NCBI GenBank assembly: GCA_021735105.1 | Contig: JAIPHS010000001.1 | Span: 5,484 to 69,483 of the forward strand | DNA length: 64,000 bases | Source of the DNA: Candidatus Omnitrophota bacterium | GTDB lineage: Bacteria > Omnitrophota > Gorgyraeia > Duberdicusellales > 4484-171 | Reading direction: 5' to 3' | Part shown: positions 16,853 through 27,011 of the stretch, in pieces | Layout of the letters: each line of letters begins with the position of its first letter | Position numbering within the stretch: position 1 is the first letter of the stretch | Notes under the pieces: model-generated | Databases searched by the model: none | What the model saw: the letters and a program-made list of their open reading frames with translations, nothing else | Told to the model about the DNA's origin: nothing | Program-made: the position numbers and the translations under genes

Positions 16853-16953
16853 TCAACGAATGCATATAATCATCGAATGTACTAATCTTTACGAATATAC
16901 GAATGATATTATAAATATTCGTACATTCGTAATTGATTCGTATATTCGTTGAT
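16850..16953. repeat. ACGAAT/ATTCGT hairpin element, copy 1 (first unit duplicated)
   Basis: Imperfect palindrome aligning with 26880-26967 and 63723-63811; overlaps the rpiB TAA stop. Confidence 0.9.
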
Positions 16954-16978
16954 AACAATCAGTTATGAGGAGGCTTAA

Positions 16979-18229
16979 ATGTTTGAAAAATTAAAACAAA
17001 AAGATTTAAAAATTTATTCTGCTATATCTCATGAGCTTAAAAGGCAAAGAGAACATCTTGAACTTATTGCCAGTGAAAATTTTGCCCCGCCTGAAGTTTT
17101 AGAAGCTCAAGGCTCGGTGTTGACTAATAAATATGCTGAAGGTTATCCACATCGGCGTTGGTACGGGGGCTGTGATTTTGTTGATATAGCAGAGGATCTT
17201 GCGATTGAAAGAGCTAAAGCTCTTTTTGGGGCTGAATTTGTTAATGTACAACCTCATTCGGGGACCCAAGCTAATATTGCGGTTATGATGGCGGTATTAA
17301 AACCGGGAGACACAATTTTAGCTATGGATTTAGCTTGTGGGGGCCATCTTTCCCATGGGCATCCACTTAATTTTTCCGGAAAATTTTACAATATAGTTTC
17401 ATATGGTGTTGATAAAAGTTCAGAGTGCCTAAACTATGCGAATATAGAACAATTAGCTTTAGATAATAAACCTAAGATGATAATTGCCGGGGCAAGTGCA
17501 TACCCGAGAAAGATAGATTTTAAACGCTTTCGGGAAATAGCTGATAAAGTAGGAGCTTTTTTGTGTGTAGATATGGCTCATTTTGCCGGTTTAGTTGCTG
17601 CCGGCATACATCCTAACCCTTGTCCTTATGCAGATTTTGTTACTTCAACAACACATAAAACTTTACGTGGCCCTCGAGGCGGATTTATTTTAGCTAAATC
17701 AGATTTTGGCAAAAAAATCAATACAGCAGTTTTTCCTGGAAATCAAGGTGGGCCGCTTATGCATGTTATAGCAGCAAAAGCCGTAGCTTTTGGGTTAGCT
17801 CAACAGGATGATTTTATCCGGTATCAAAAACAAGTTGTCAAAAATAGTTCCTATTTTGCCAAAGATATGGCTGATTTAGATTATCGGATTGTAAGCGGGG
17901 GAACTGAGAATCATCTATTTTTAGTGGATTTAACTGAAAAAAATATAACCGGTAAAGATGCTTCTTTTATTTTAGATAAGGTAAATATTACCGTAAATAA
18001 GAATCTTATTCCTTTTGATAAAAAATCGCCTGTCGTAACAAGCGGTATTAGGATTGGAACCCCGGCAATTACTACTCGTTTAATGAAAGAAACAGAGATG
18101 GGAAAAATAGCTAATTTAATTAATCAGGCTCTAACCAACAGAGAAGATGATGCGAAATTATTAGAAATTAAAAAAGAGGTTTTAAATTTAACTGGGAAAT
18201 TTCCCTTATACGGTGATTTTGAGTTATAA
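16979..18229 (+). CDS. glyA: Serine hydroxymethyltransferase
   Basis: [40 protein letters not shown]. Confidence 0.98.
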   Translation: MFEKLKQKDLKIYSAISHELKRQREHLELIASENFAPPEVLEAQGSVLTNKYAEGYPHRRWYGGCDFVDIAEDLAIERAKALFGAEFVNVQPHSGTQANIAVMMAVLKPGDTILAMDLACGGHLSHGHPLNFSGKFYNIVSYGVDKSSECLNYANIEQLALDNKPKMIIAGASAYPRKIDFKRFREIADKVGAFLCVDMAHFAGLVAAGIHPNPCPYADFVTSTTHKTLRGPRGGFILAKSDFGKKINTAVFPGNQGGPLMHVIAAKAVAFGLAQQDDFIRYQKQVVKNSSYFAKDMADLDYRIVSGGTENHLFLVDLTEKNITGKDASFILDKVNITVNKNLIPFDKKSPVVTSGIRIGTPAITTRLMKETEMGKIANLINQALTNREDDAKLLEIKKEVLNLTGKFPLYGDFEL

Positions 18230-18243
18230 ATAAAATTTTTAAA

Positions 18244-18717
18244 ATGAAAAATAAAAAAAGGCCCTCTTGGGACCAATATTTTATGGGAGTAGCTTTTTTA
18301 GTTAGCAAACGATCTACTTGCCTGCGGCGGAAAGTAGGAGCTGTTTTAGTAAAAGATAAGCAGATTCTTGCTACCGGCTATAATGGTGCACCCAGAGGCA
18401 TAACCCATTGTGAGGTGACTGGTTGCCTACGAGAGAAGATGGAAGTTCCTTCCGGCCAGCGGCATGAGATATGCAGGGGGCTTCATGCCGAACAGAATGT
18501 TATTTTACAATCTGCTCTACATGGTGTATCTGTTAAAGAAAGTACTATCTATATAACAAATTCACCTTGCAGTATTTGTGCAAAGATGATTATTAATGCT
18601 GGTATTGATGAAATAGTTGTTTTTGATGATTATCCTGATAAAATGGCTATGGAATTTTTAAAAGAAGCAAAAATGGCCTTATTAAAGCTAAAGGATTTTA
18701 ATAAAGGAGATATTTAA
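18244..18717 (+). CDS. Deoxycytidylate deaminase (ComEB-like)
   Basis: [35 protein letters not shown]. Confidence 0.92.
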   Translation: MKNKKRPSWDQYFMGVAFLVSKRSTCLRRKVGAVLVKDKQILATGYNGAPRGITHCEVTGCLREKMEVPSGQRHEICRGLHAEQNVILQSALHGVSVKESTIYITNSPCSICAKMIINAGIDEIVVFDDYPDKMAMEFLKEAKMALLKLKDFNKGDI

Positions 18718-18723
18718 CCAGTT

Positions 18724-19185
18724 ATGCGTTGTCCTTATTGCAATTTTAATGAAGATAAAGTGGTTGATTCACGTCTTACCTCTGAAGGTTCTGCCATAAG
18801 GAGGAGAAGAGAATGCAATAGTTGTGGAAGGCGTTTCACTACATATGAATATGTGGAAAAAACTCCTCTTATGGTAATAAAAAAAGATGGGCGCAGAGAG
18901 CCTTTTTCTCAACAAAAAGTTTTAGACGGATTGATTAAGGCTTGTGAAAAAAGAGCTATAAGTGTAGAAAAATTGGAAAATATAGTTTCTGAAATCGAGA
19001 TTAAATTACAAAAGAAATTTGAACAAGAAGTTGACTCAAATCATATTGGAGAATTAGTTATGGAAAGACTTTCCAAAATAGATGATGTAGCTTATGTAAG
19101 GTTTGCTTCTGTGTACAGACAGTTTAAGGATATTAATCAATTTTTGCGTGAGTTGCGTGAAGTTTTAGGGAGAAAGATAAAGTAA
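18724..19185 (+). CDS. nrdR: Transcriptional repressor NrdR
   Basis: [26 protein letters not shown] cone, [10 protein letters not shown]. Confidence 0.98.
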   Translation: MRCPYCNFNEDKVVDSRLTSEGSAIRRRRECNSCGRRFTTYEYVEKTPLMVIKKDGRREPFSQQKVLDGLIKACEKRAISVEKLENIVSEIEIKLQKKFEQEVDSNHIGELVMERLSKIDDVAYVRFASVYRQFKDINQFLRELREVLGRKIK

Positions 19186-19250
19186 TAGTTGATTTTTATA
19201 AGCGGCCATCCTTTTTAATTGTCAAACTGCCTTAAGATAAGAACTTATCT

Positions 19251-20690
19251 ATGAAATTCGATACTTACCTAAAAAAAATTCCTCAAATAGATCAGATTTC
19301 AAAAATAGCGAAAAAATTAAAAATCAAGGTGTGGCTGGTAGGTGGTTTTCTAAGAGATAGCTATATTAAGGTATCCAAAGATTTAGTTGATTTTGATTTT
19401 TGCGTGGAAAAAGATATAAATTTATTTGTTGAAAAAGTAGCTAAAACTTTTGGGGCGAAGGTAATCGTATTAGATAAAAAAAGTTCTAGTTTCCGAATTG
19501 TCTTAAATAAAAATATAAAAAAATATAGCTACGATTTTATTTTGATGCGTGGAAAAAACATAAAAAAAGATTTAGAACTAAGAGACTTTACGATTAATAG
19601 TTTAGCGCTGGATATAATTGAGCCAAGAAAAATTTTAGATTACCATAAAGGAATTAATGACTTAAAAGATAAACGGATAAAATCCTTAGCAGAAGGGGTG
19701 ATAGTCGATGATCCTTTGAGGATATTGAGAGGTTTTTCTTTTGCTGCAAACTATGAGTTTAAGATTGACCCACAAACTTTAAACTTTTTTTCTCGCTATA
19801 AAAAAAAGCTAAAAAATGTATCTTGTGAAAGAATTAATGAAGAGCTTTTTAAAATATTTAATTCCAAAAAGTCTTATAAAGTAATTAAAAAAATGGATAA
19901 AGTGAGAGTGATTGATGAAATTTTACCTTATGTTGAGAAGATGCGAAAAACTATACAAGGAGGGTTTCATCATTTGAATGTTTGGGGCCATTCAATCGAG
20001 ACTTTAAAACAATTTGAGGTACTTTGTAAAAGAGAAACCAAAAAAGAAAACGAAGCTATTGATTTTTTTAATCAAAATTTATCCGGAAATCGAAAAAGAT
20101 TTCAAATAATAAAATTAGCTTGTTTGCTTCATGATCTGGGGAAGCCCTTTGTGAAAAAAATAACTAAAGCCCGGACGATATTTCATGCTCACGAAAAAGC
20201 CGGCAGAGATATTTCTTCTCTTTTTGCTAAAAAAATACGGTTAGCAAAAGCTGAAAGAAAAGCGTTAGAGGAGATGGTATTTTGGCATCTTCGGCCCGGG
20301 TATTTGGCTGATCAAATTACGCCCAGTCGCAGGGCTGTTTACCGTTTTTTTCGTGATACACAAGAAGAGGGGGTGTCTATTATTTTTCTTTCTTTAGCTG
20401 ATTGGAGAGCTACTTGCGGCCCATTGGCAGATTTAGGAAAAAGAAAACGCCATGAAAAAATAATGCTTAAGTTGATCAAAGACCATTTTATCGAAAAAAA
20501 GAAAAAACCTATGCCTAAAATCATAGATGGTTATGATCTTATGAAGCATTTTAAGATAAAAAGAGGCCCCTTGATCGGCCAAATTTTAAATAAAATTAAA
20601 GAACTTCAGGTTATGGGTAAAATAAGTAAAAAGTCAGAAGCCTTAGCGGCTGCAGAAAAGATTTATGCAAAAAAAGCAAAAAAGAAGTAG
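19251..20690 (+). CDS. tRNA nucleotidyltransferase / poly(A) polymerase family with HD domain (probable CC-adding enzyme)
   Basis: VGGFLRD, DFDF, RDFTINSL, DDPLRILR, ERINEEL, LLHDLGK; flexible loop before RDFT is absent. Confidence 0.85.
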   Translation: MKFDTYLKKIPQIDQISKIAKKLKIKVWLVGGFLRDSYIKVSKDLVDFDFCVEKDINLFVEKVAKTFGAKVIVLDKKSSSFRIVLNKNIKKYSYDFILMRGKNIKKDLELRDFTINSLALDIIEPRKILDYHKGINDLKDKRIKSLAEGVIVDDPLRILRGFSFAANYEFKIDPQTLNFFSRYKKKLKNVSCERINEELFKIFNSKKSYKVIKKMDKVRVIDEILPYVEKMRKTIQGGFHHLNVWGHSIETLKQFEVLCKRETKKENEAIDFFNQNLSGNRKRFQIIKLACLLHDLGKPFVKKITKARTIFHAHEKAGRDISSLFAKKIRLAKAERKALEEMVFWHLRPGYLADQITPSRRAVYRFFRDTQEEGVSIIFLSLADWRATCGPLADLGKRKRHEKIMLKLIKDHFIEKKKKPMPKIIDGYDLMKHFKIKRGPLIGQILNKIKELQVMGKISKKSEALAAAEKIYAKKAKKK

Positions 20691-20697
20691 GTGTTTT

Positions 20698-21567
20698 GTG
20701 GAATTAGAAAATATAATTATAGATTTATCAAAAAGTTTTAAAAGAGATATCCAGTTAAAAAAAATAAAGGAGATTAATAACAATTTAGGTCAATTGAAAA
20801 AAAATCAGGCAGTATTGATAAAAAATAGTTATTTTAAAACTAAATATATTGTTTTAATTAATTTTGATAATAAGCCTAAGCCGGAAGTTATTCGAGGAAC
20901 TTTGGCAAATTGTTTTAAAAGAATTAGAGATAAGAATATTAATTCTGTTGCTTTTCTAACGGCTGGTTTTAAAAAGAATGTTAATGTTCGTATTTTTTCT
21001 AAGATAATTGCTCAAGAGCTTTTTCGCTTTGTAAGAAGTAAAAAAGAAATAATTTTAAAAAGAGTATCATTTATAACATATACTGAACAAAGTTATAAAA
21101 TATTAAAAAAAAATATAATAGGATATCTGAATCATATAAAGGCTAATAGAGGGCCATTTCTTACTGTCGATGCTATTATTTGTTACAAAAAAGGAATAGT
21201 TTTAATAAAGAGAACAAATCCTCCTTTAGGCTGGGCTTTACCGGGGGGGTTTGTTGATTATGGCGAAAAACTAGAAAAAGCTGTTGCTCGGGAGGCTAAA
21301 GAAGAAACCGGTCTTGATTTTAAGGATGTAAAGCAGTTTAAGGTTTATTCAGATAATAAAAGAGATCCTCGTTTTCATACCGTTTCAGTAGTTTTTCTCG
21401 GCAAAGGCAAGGGAAGGCTCAAAGCAGCATCAGATGCAAAGGATGCATCAGTTTTTATGATTAAGGGAAGGGATCCTCTGTTAAATTTACCGCCTAACAT
21501 TGCTTTTGATCATAAAAAAATAATTAAAGATTATATAAAAGATAAAAGGCAAAAGAAAAAAGGCTAA
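20698..21567 (+). CDS. Nudix hydrolase (ADP-ribose pyrophosphatase-like) with a degenerate macro-like N-terminal domain
   Basis: WALPGGFVDYGE...AVAREAKEETG Nudix box, RDPRFH, IAFDH; start uncertain (20665 or GTG 20698). Confidence 0.8.
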   Translation: MELENIIIDLSKSFKRDIQLKKIKEINNNLGQLKKNQAVLIKNSYFKTKYIVLINFDNKPKPEVIRGTLANCFKRIRDKNINSVAFLTAGFKKNVNVRIFSKIIAQELFRFVRSKKEIILKRVSFITYTEQSYKILKKNIIGYLNHIKANRGPFLTVDAIICYKKGIVLIKRTNPPLGWALPGGFVDYGEKLEKAVAREAKEETGLDFKDVKQFKVYSDNKRDPRFHTVSVVFLGKGKGRLKAASDAKDASVFMIKGRDPLLNLPPNIAFDHKKIIKDYIKDKRQKKKG

Positions 21568-21570
21568 ATT

Positions 21571-23652
21571 ATGAATAAAACACCTATACGCTATATTAAA
21601 GGGGTGGGGCCGCGCAAAGAAAAAGTATTTAATAATAAAGCAGGGGTTTATACTATTGAGGACCTTCTTTATTTATTCCCTTTTCGTTATGAAGATAGAA
21701 CTAATTTCATAAATATCATAGATTTAAGAGAAAATAAACCAGCGGTAATTGAGGCAGAAGTGTTGGCTAGAAATTTAAAAAAATTTCCTTATTTTATCCG
21801 ATCTCGAAAAATAAAAAGTATTTTTGAAGTTATTTTAGAAGATAAAACTGCTAAAATTAATTGTAAATGGTTTAATCAACCATATCTTAACGATTCTATT
21901 AAAGTAGGTCAAAAGTTAATTATCTATGGAAAACCTTCTCGTTATAAAGGTAAATTACAGATAATTTCACCAAAGTTTGAACAGAGCGGCAACGATCAAA
22001 ATTTAGAAGTTGGTAAAATTACATCTATTTATAGATTGCCGGCTGAATTTAGCCAAAGGTATATTAGAAAAACCATATTTTTTATTTTAAAAAATTATCA
22101 TTCGCAAATTTCTGACCCAATTCCTTTTAGCATTAGAGATAAACAAAATATTCCTAATATTGCAAAAAGTCTTAAGCAGATACATTTTCCCGATTCTTTA
22201 AAAGAGGCTGATTTAGCTAGGCAAAGGTTTATTTTTGAAGAATTATTTATTTCACAAATTATGGTTTATTTGCGTAAGGCTAAACATCGCCTTCAAAAAG
22301 GCCCTGCCTTAAAAGTTGATAGAAAAGCGGTAGAGGAAATTAAAAAAGTTTTCTCTTTTCAATTAACTCAAGCTCAAAAAGAGGTTTTAACTAAAATTTT
22401 ATCGGATTTAAGTAAAACCTATCCTATGCATAGGCTTTTGCAAGGAGATGTAGGTAGTGGAAAGACTGCTGTAGCTCTTTTTCCGATAATTTTATCTGCT
22501 TTGTCGTCTTGGCAGGTAGCTTTTATGGTTCCCACTGAAGTTTTAGCTTATCAGCATAAAAAGACAATTGATGATTTATTAAAGCAAGCCGGCCCTTCTT
22601 TAGCTAAATTAAGGGGTAAAGTGGATATATTGACATCATCATTGCCGGTGAAAGAAAAAAATGCTGTTTTACAAAAGTTAGCTAAAGAAGATTCATTGAT
22701 TATAGTAGGGACTCATTCTTTGATTCAAAAGAACCTAAAATTTAAAAAATTAGGATTGGTGGTAATAGATGAGCAACATAAGTTTGGCGTAGCTCAAAGA
22801 ACACTTTTACCTAAAAAAGGCCAACTTTTACCAAATTGTTTAGTAATGAGCGCCACACCAATTCCACGTAGCTTAGCTCTCTCTATTTATGGTGATCTTG
22901 ATGCGTCAACTATTTATCAATTGCCTCCAAATCGAAGTAAGCCGGATACGATTGTTGTTAAAGAAGAAAAAAGAAGTTGGGTTTATGATTTAATTGAAGA
23001 AAAAATAAAACAGAAAAAACAGGTTTATATAGTTTATCCAATTATTGACCAAAATGATGGCTTAGAGGTTAAATCGCTAAATCAGATGCATAAAAAAATA
23101 AAGAAAAGATTTTCAAAGTTTTCAATAGGGATATTCCATGGCCGGTTAAAAAATCAAGATAAATTAACAGTAATTGATAAGTTCAATAAAGCTAAAATTG
23201 ATATTCTTATCTCTACAAATGTAGTAGAGGTTGGCCTTGACATTAAAAATGCTACGACTATGGTAGTAGAAAGCCCGCAAAAATTTGGCTTATCCCAGTT
23301 ACATCAATTACGCGGCAGGATTAGAAGATCTAGCCAAAAAGCTACTTTTATTTTAATTTATAGGGAAAGTATTTCTCAAGAGGCTAAAAAGAGATTAGAG
23401 ATAATAGAAAAAGAAAGTGATGGTTTTAAAATAGCTGAAGCAGACCTAAAGCTGCGCGGGCCGGGAGATTTTTTTGGACAGCTTCAACACGGATTACCTA
23501 ATTTGAAGATAGCGGAACCTCTAAGAGATTTAAAGATTTTAAAACAGGCACGGATTTTTGCCAGAGAAGTTGTAAAAAAAGATACTTATTTGGCCCAATC
23601 CGGATTTAAACCATTAAGGGGCTATCTTGGTGATAAAAAATGCAAGTTTTAG
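21571..23652 (+). CDS. recG: ATP-dependent DNA helicase RecG
   Basis: KGVGP, RLLQGDVGSGKT, DEQHKFG, MSATPIPRSL, QLHQLRGR, DLKLRGPG. Confidence 0.97.
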   Translation: MNKTPIRYIKGVGPRKEKVFNNKAGVYTIEDLLYLFPFRYEDRTNFINIIDLRENKPAVIEAEVLARNLKKFPYFIRSRKIKSIFEVILEDKTAKINCKWFNQPYLNDSIKVGQKLIIYGKPSRYKGKLQIISPKFEQSGNDQNLEVGKITSIYRLPAEFSQRYIRKTIFFILKNYHSQISDPIPFSIRDKQNIPNIAKSLKQIHFPDSLKEADLARQRFIFEELFISQIMVYLRKAKHRLQKGPALKVDRKAVEEIKKVFSFQLTQAQKEVLTKILSDLSKTYPMHRLLQGDVGSGKTAVALFPIILSALSSWQVAFMVPTEVLAYQHKKTIDDLLKQAGPSLAKLRGKVDILTSSLPVKEKNAVLQKLAKEDSLIIVGTHSLIQKNLKFKKLGLVVIDEQHKFGVAQRTLLPKKGQLLPNCLVMSATPIPRSLALSIYGDLDASTIYQLPPNRSKPDTIVVKEEKRSWVYDLIEEKIKQKKQVYIVYPIIDQNDGLEVKSLNQMHKKIKKRFSKFSIGIFHGRLKNQDKLTVIDKFNKAKIDILISTNVVEVGLDIKNATTMVVESPQKFGLSQLHQLRGRIRRSSQKATFILIYRESISQEAKKRLEIIEKESDGFKIAEADLKLRGPGDFFGQLQHGLPNLKIAEPLRDLKILKQARIFAREVVKKDTYLAQSGFKPLRGYLGDKKCKF

Positions 23653-24182
23653 GAGGAAAATTAAAAGGAAGAAAAATTAAAATCCCGGCTCAGATAAGGC
23701 CGGTCTCTCAGCGGATAAAGAAAGGTTGTTTTGATATAATATTTGATTTGGTTGAGGCCAAGACAGTTTTAGATCTTTACGCCGGTAGTGGTTCTTTGGG
23801 TATAGAAGCTTTATCTCGAGGCGCAGAGCGGGCTGTTTTTGTAGATAAGGATAAAGCTAGCATAAAATCTATAAAGAGCAATATTAATAGCTTAAAATTA
23901 AATAAATCTGCTGAAATTTATTGCAAAGAAAGCTCTTTAGCTATAAAATATTTATGGAGAAAAAAAGCTTTTTTTGATCTTATTTTTCTTGATCCGCCTT
24001 ATTACAAAGGCTTGCTTATAAAGAGCTTGCAACTGCTGGAAAGTTATGATATATTAGCCCGTTCTAGTTACTTAATTTGTTTTTGTTATGAAAATGACCA
24101 ATATGCGCAAAAATATAAAAGTTTTTCCTTAGATTTGAAAAGAAACTACGGCCAATCTAGTCTGCTTATATACAAAAAGTAA
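23640..24182 (+). CDS. rsmD: 16S rRNA m2G966 methyltransferase
   Basis: LDLYAGSGSLGIEALSRGA, DPPY; recG-rsmD-coaD synteny. Confidence 0.93.
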   Translation: MQVLGGKLKGRKIKIPAQIRPVSQRIKKGCFDIIFDLVEAKTVLDLYAGSGSLGIEALSRGAERAVFVDKDKASIKSIKSNINSLKLNKSAEIYCKESSLAIKYLWRKKAFFDLIFLDPPYYKGLLIKSLQLLESYDILARSSYLICFCYENDQYAQKYKSFSLDLKRNYGQSSLLIYKK

Positions 24183-24185
24183 ATA

Positions 24186-24680
24186 ATGAAAAAAGTTATT
24201 TATCCAGGGACATTTGATCCAATTACCAACGGTCATCTTGATATAATAAATAGAGTCAATACTTTATCAGATAGTTTAGTGGTTGCGGTGGCTAAAAATC
24301 CAACTAAAGACTGTTTTTTTTCCTATGATCAGCGCCTAGATTTAGTAAAAAAAGTAACTAAAAGCATAAAAGGCATAGCAGTTTTAGGGTTTGACGGATT
24401 GGTTATTGATTTTGCCTGTCAGAATAAAGCCAATGCAATCATTAGAGGATTAAGGACGATGTCAGATTTTGAATATGAGTTTAAAATGGCATTAACTAAC
24501 AAAAGCCTAGCTCCAGGCATTGAGACATTGTTTTTGATGACTCATCCCCAATATTCTTTTATTTCTTCTCATTTGATTAAAGAAGTTGCTTTATTAGGAG
24601 GGGATCTGAATAAATTTTTACCTGAGCCGGTATTGTCGGCAGTGAATGATAAAATTAATGAAAATTATGGAGGTAAATAA
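24186..24680 (+). CDS. coaD: Pantetheine-phosphate adenylyltransferase
   Basis: YPGTFDPITNGHLD, IRGLR, DFEYE, ISS. Confidence 0.97.
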   Translation: MKKVIYPGTFDPITNGHLDIINRVNTLSDSLVVAVAKNPTKDCFFSYDQRLDLVKKVTKSIKGIAVLGFDGLVIDFACQNKANAIIRGLRTMSDFEYEFKMALTNKSLAPGIETLFLMTHPQYSFISSHLIKEVALLGGDLNKFLPEPVLSAVNDKINENYGGK

Positions 24681-24889
24681 TGGCACACCCGAAACGAAAA
24701 CACTCCCATGCACGAACTCATAAAAAAAGAACACATCAAAAAATACATTCTCCCTCGCTGGTAAAATGTAGTCAGTGTAAGAAATTTAAACCTAAAAGCA
24801 TGGTCTGTCCTTTTTGCGGTTATTACAAAAATAAAGAAATCATAAAAATAGAGCCAAAAGAAAATAAAAAGAAAAAAAGACAAGGTTAA
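24680..24889 (+). CDS. rpmF: 50S ribosomal protein L32
   Basis: MAHPKRKHS, CxxC...CPFCGYY; immediately upstream of plsX. Confidence 0.95.
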   Translation: MAHPKRKHSHARTHKKRTHQKIHSPSLVKCSQCKKFKPKSMVCPFCGYYKNKEIIKIEPKENKKKKRQG

Positions 24890-24892
24890 TTT

Positions 24893-25918
24893 ATGGCTAA
24901 GTTTAAGATAGGGATAGATGCATCCGGTGGAGACCTTGCGCCTTTAGAGATTGTTAAAGGGGCTATTCTGGCTAAAAAGGAGATAGATCAAGAATTAGTC
25001 TTGATTGGCGATAAGGAAAAAATAAGAAAAGAACTTAAAAAATATAAGGTAGATTTTGCTATTGTTGATGCTCCAGAAAAAATTAATATGGCTGAGGCCC
25101 CGGTTTCTGCAGTAAGAAAAAAAAGAAACTCTTCAATAGTTGTAGGCTGTAAGCTTCTTAAAAAAAGAGAAATTGATGCTTTTGTCTCTTGCGGCAACAC
25201 TGGTGCTGTAGTTTGTGCTTCAGCTTTAATTTTAAAGTTTATCGAGGGGGTAGAGCGCCCCGGTATAGCTTTAATGTTTCCTACCCAAAAAGGTGTTTCT
25301 TTGCTTATCGATGCGGGAGCTAACATTGATTGTAAACCGATTCATCTTCTCCAATATGGAGTGATGGCCTCTGTTTATTATAGTACCGTTTTAGAAAAAG
25401 AAAGGCCTACGGTAGGCCTTCTTAATATTGGCGAAGAAGCTTCTAAAGGCCTTGAGGTATTAAAAAATACGCATAAACTTTTTGAACTTTCATCTTTAAA
25501 TTTTTCTGGTAATATAGAGGCTAAAAGCATTCTTTCAGGAAGTTCTGATTGTATTGTTTGTGATGGTTTTGTTGGTAATATTGCCTTAAAAGTTCTTGAA
25601 GGAAGCACCGAGGCAATGGGCAAACTTTTTATTGAGTTTATGAAAAAGAGCCTGCCGGGCCGGTTAGGGCTTTTGTTGGCAAAAGGAAATCTTAAAAAAC
25701 TTAAAGAATCAATAGATTATTCTGAATATGGGGGTGCACCTCTTTTGGGCGTAGATGGAGCGGTAATTATTGGCCACGGGAGGTCTGATGCTAAAGCTGT
25801 AAAGAATGCAATCGGAGCAGCAGCTAGGGAATTAAAGAGAAAACTTAACGAAAGGATAAAGGAAAAAATAAATGAAACCTGTCAAGATAGTAGGATTAGG
25901 CAAATACTTGCCGCCTAA
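24893..25918 (+). CDS. plsX: Phosphate acyltransferase PlsX
   Basis: DASGGD, GNTGA, DAGAN, LLNIGEE, CDGFVGN, GGAPLLG, HGRS. Confidence 0.96.
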   Translation: MAKFKIGIDASGGDLAPLEIVKGAILAKKEIDQELVLIGDKEKIRKELKKYKVDFAIVDAPEKINMAEAPVSAVRKKRNSSIVVGCKLLKKREIDAFVSCGNTGAVVCASALILKFIEGVERPGIALMFPTQKGVSLLIDAGANIDCKPIHLLQYGVMASVYYSTVLEKERPTVGLLNIGEEASKGLEVLKNTHKLFELSSLNFSGNIEAKSILSGSSDCIVCDGFVGNIALKVLEGSTEAMGKLFIEFMKKSLPGRLGLLLAKGNLKKLKESIDYSEYGGAPLLGVDGAVIIGHGRSDAKAVKNAIGAAARELKRKLNERIKEKINETCQDSRIRQILAA

Positions 25919-26849
25919 AAAACTAACAAATTCTGATCTAGAAAAAATAGTAGATACTTCTGATGAGTGGATTACAACTCGTACCGGCATAAAAGAAAGA
26001 AGAATTGCTAAAGGTATGTCTTCTTCAGAACTTGCTCATAAAGCATCTAAGCAAGCTTTAAAAAATGCGGGTTTAGGTGCTGATGACTTAGATTTAATAA
26101 TAGTTGCTACAATTACTCCTGATAATTTTTTTCCTTCTACTGCTTGTCGATTGCAAAGTTTGCTTAAAGCTAAAAAAGCAGCTGCTTTTGATATTTCTGC
26201 CGCTTGTTCGGGATTTGTTTATGGATTGACCTGTGCTTGGCAGATGATTGGGGCAGGATTATATAAAAATGTTTTAGTAGTAGGCAGTGAGGTTCTTTCT
26301 TCGGTCACTGATTGGCAGGATCGCTCTACTTGTGTTCTCTTTGGTGACGGAGCCGGAGCCGCGGTATTGACCGCGGCAGATCAAAAAAGCTTTTTAAGTT
26401 CGCATCTAGGCGCCGATGGCTCACGTGCGGATCTTTTAAATATTCCGGCCGGTGGTTCTCGGATGCCAACCTCACATCAGACAATTGACGATAAACTTCA
26501 TTGTATAAAGATGAAGGGTAATGAATTATTTAGAGTGGCTGTTAGGGTTATGGTAGATTCTGCTAAAGTTGCTTTAGCAGAAGCAGGGCTTAAAGCTGAC
26601 GATCTAGATATGCTAGTTCCGCATCAGGCGAATAAAAGGATAGTAGATGCCGTAGTTAAAACCTTGAAAATAAAAGATAAGGTATATTTTAATCTTTCTC
26701 GCTATGGAAATATGTCATCTGCTTCTTGTGCTGTAGCTCTTTGTGAAGCCTGTCAGGAGTCAAAGATAAAAAAAGGAGATATCGTTGTTTTAGATACCTT
26801 TGGGGGCGGGCTTGTTTGGGGAAGTTGTGTGATCAAATGGGCATTGTAG
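25872..26849 (+). CDS. fabH: 3-oxoacyl-ACP synthase III
   Basis: WITTRTGIKERR, AACSGF, FGDGAGA, PHQAN, YGNMS, FGGGLVWG. Confidence 0.97.
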   Translation: MKPVKIVGLGKYLPPKKLTNSDLEKIVDTSDEWITTRTGIKERRIAKGMSSSELAHKASKQALKNAGLGADDLDLIIVATITPDNFFPSTACRLQSLLKAKKAAAFDISAACSGFVYGLTCAWQMIGAGLYKNVLVVGSEVLSSVTDWQDRSTCVLFGDGAGAAVLTAADQKSFLSSHLGADGSRADLLNIPAGGSRMPTSHQTIDDKLHCIKMKGNELFRVAVRVMVDSAKVALAEAGLKADDLDMLVPHQANKRIVDAVVKTLKIKDKVYFNLSRYGNMSSASCAVALCEACQESKIKKGDIVVLDTFGGGLVWGSCVIKWAL

Positions 26850-26858
26850 ATGGTGAGC

Positions 26859-27010
26859 GGTTAATTGGTGAGTAGTGAGTAATCAACGAATTTACTAATC
26901 TGTACGAATATACGAATTTAATAAGTTCCTATTCGCAAATTCGTAATTAATTCGTACATTCATTGATGGTAACCAATTAACCAATTGACCAATTAACTAA
27001 TTAACTAATT
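26859..27010. repeat. Octamer array (AACCAATT x5) with a short inverted left arm, enclosing hairpin copy 2
   Basis: ggttaattggt (26859-26869) is the reverse complement of accaattaacc in the array at 26971-27010. Confidence 0.75.
26880..26967. repeat. ACGAAT/ATTCGT hairpin element, copy 2
   Basis: taatcaacgaatttactaatctgtacgaatatacgaat, 13 nt loop, attcgcaaattcgtaattaattcgtacattcattgat. Confidence 0.9.
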
Positions 27011-27011
27011 T

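Noticed and set aside
16850-16953. Hairpin family as a CRISPR array or integron attC sites
   Set aside because: Copies are 10-37 kb apart with no repeat-spacer array and no cas genes. There are no RYYYAAC/GTTRRRY core sites, no integron integrase, and the flanking genes are housekeeping.
19235-19250. Palindrome agataagaacttatct directly before the nucleotidyltransferase ATG
   Set aside because: Seven bp arms in AT-rich DNA, single occurrence, and not an NrdR box; may be chance.
21536-21567. Possible heptamer array (taaaaga taaaagg caaaaga aaaaagg) at the Nudix gene end
   Set aside because: Could belong to the array class, but cannot be distinguished from Lys-rich A-tract coding sequence.
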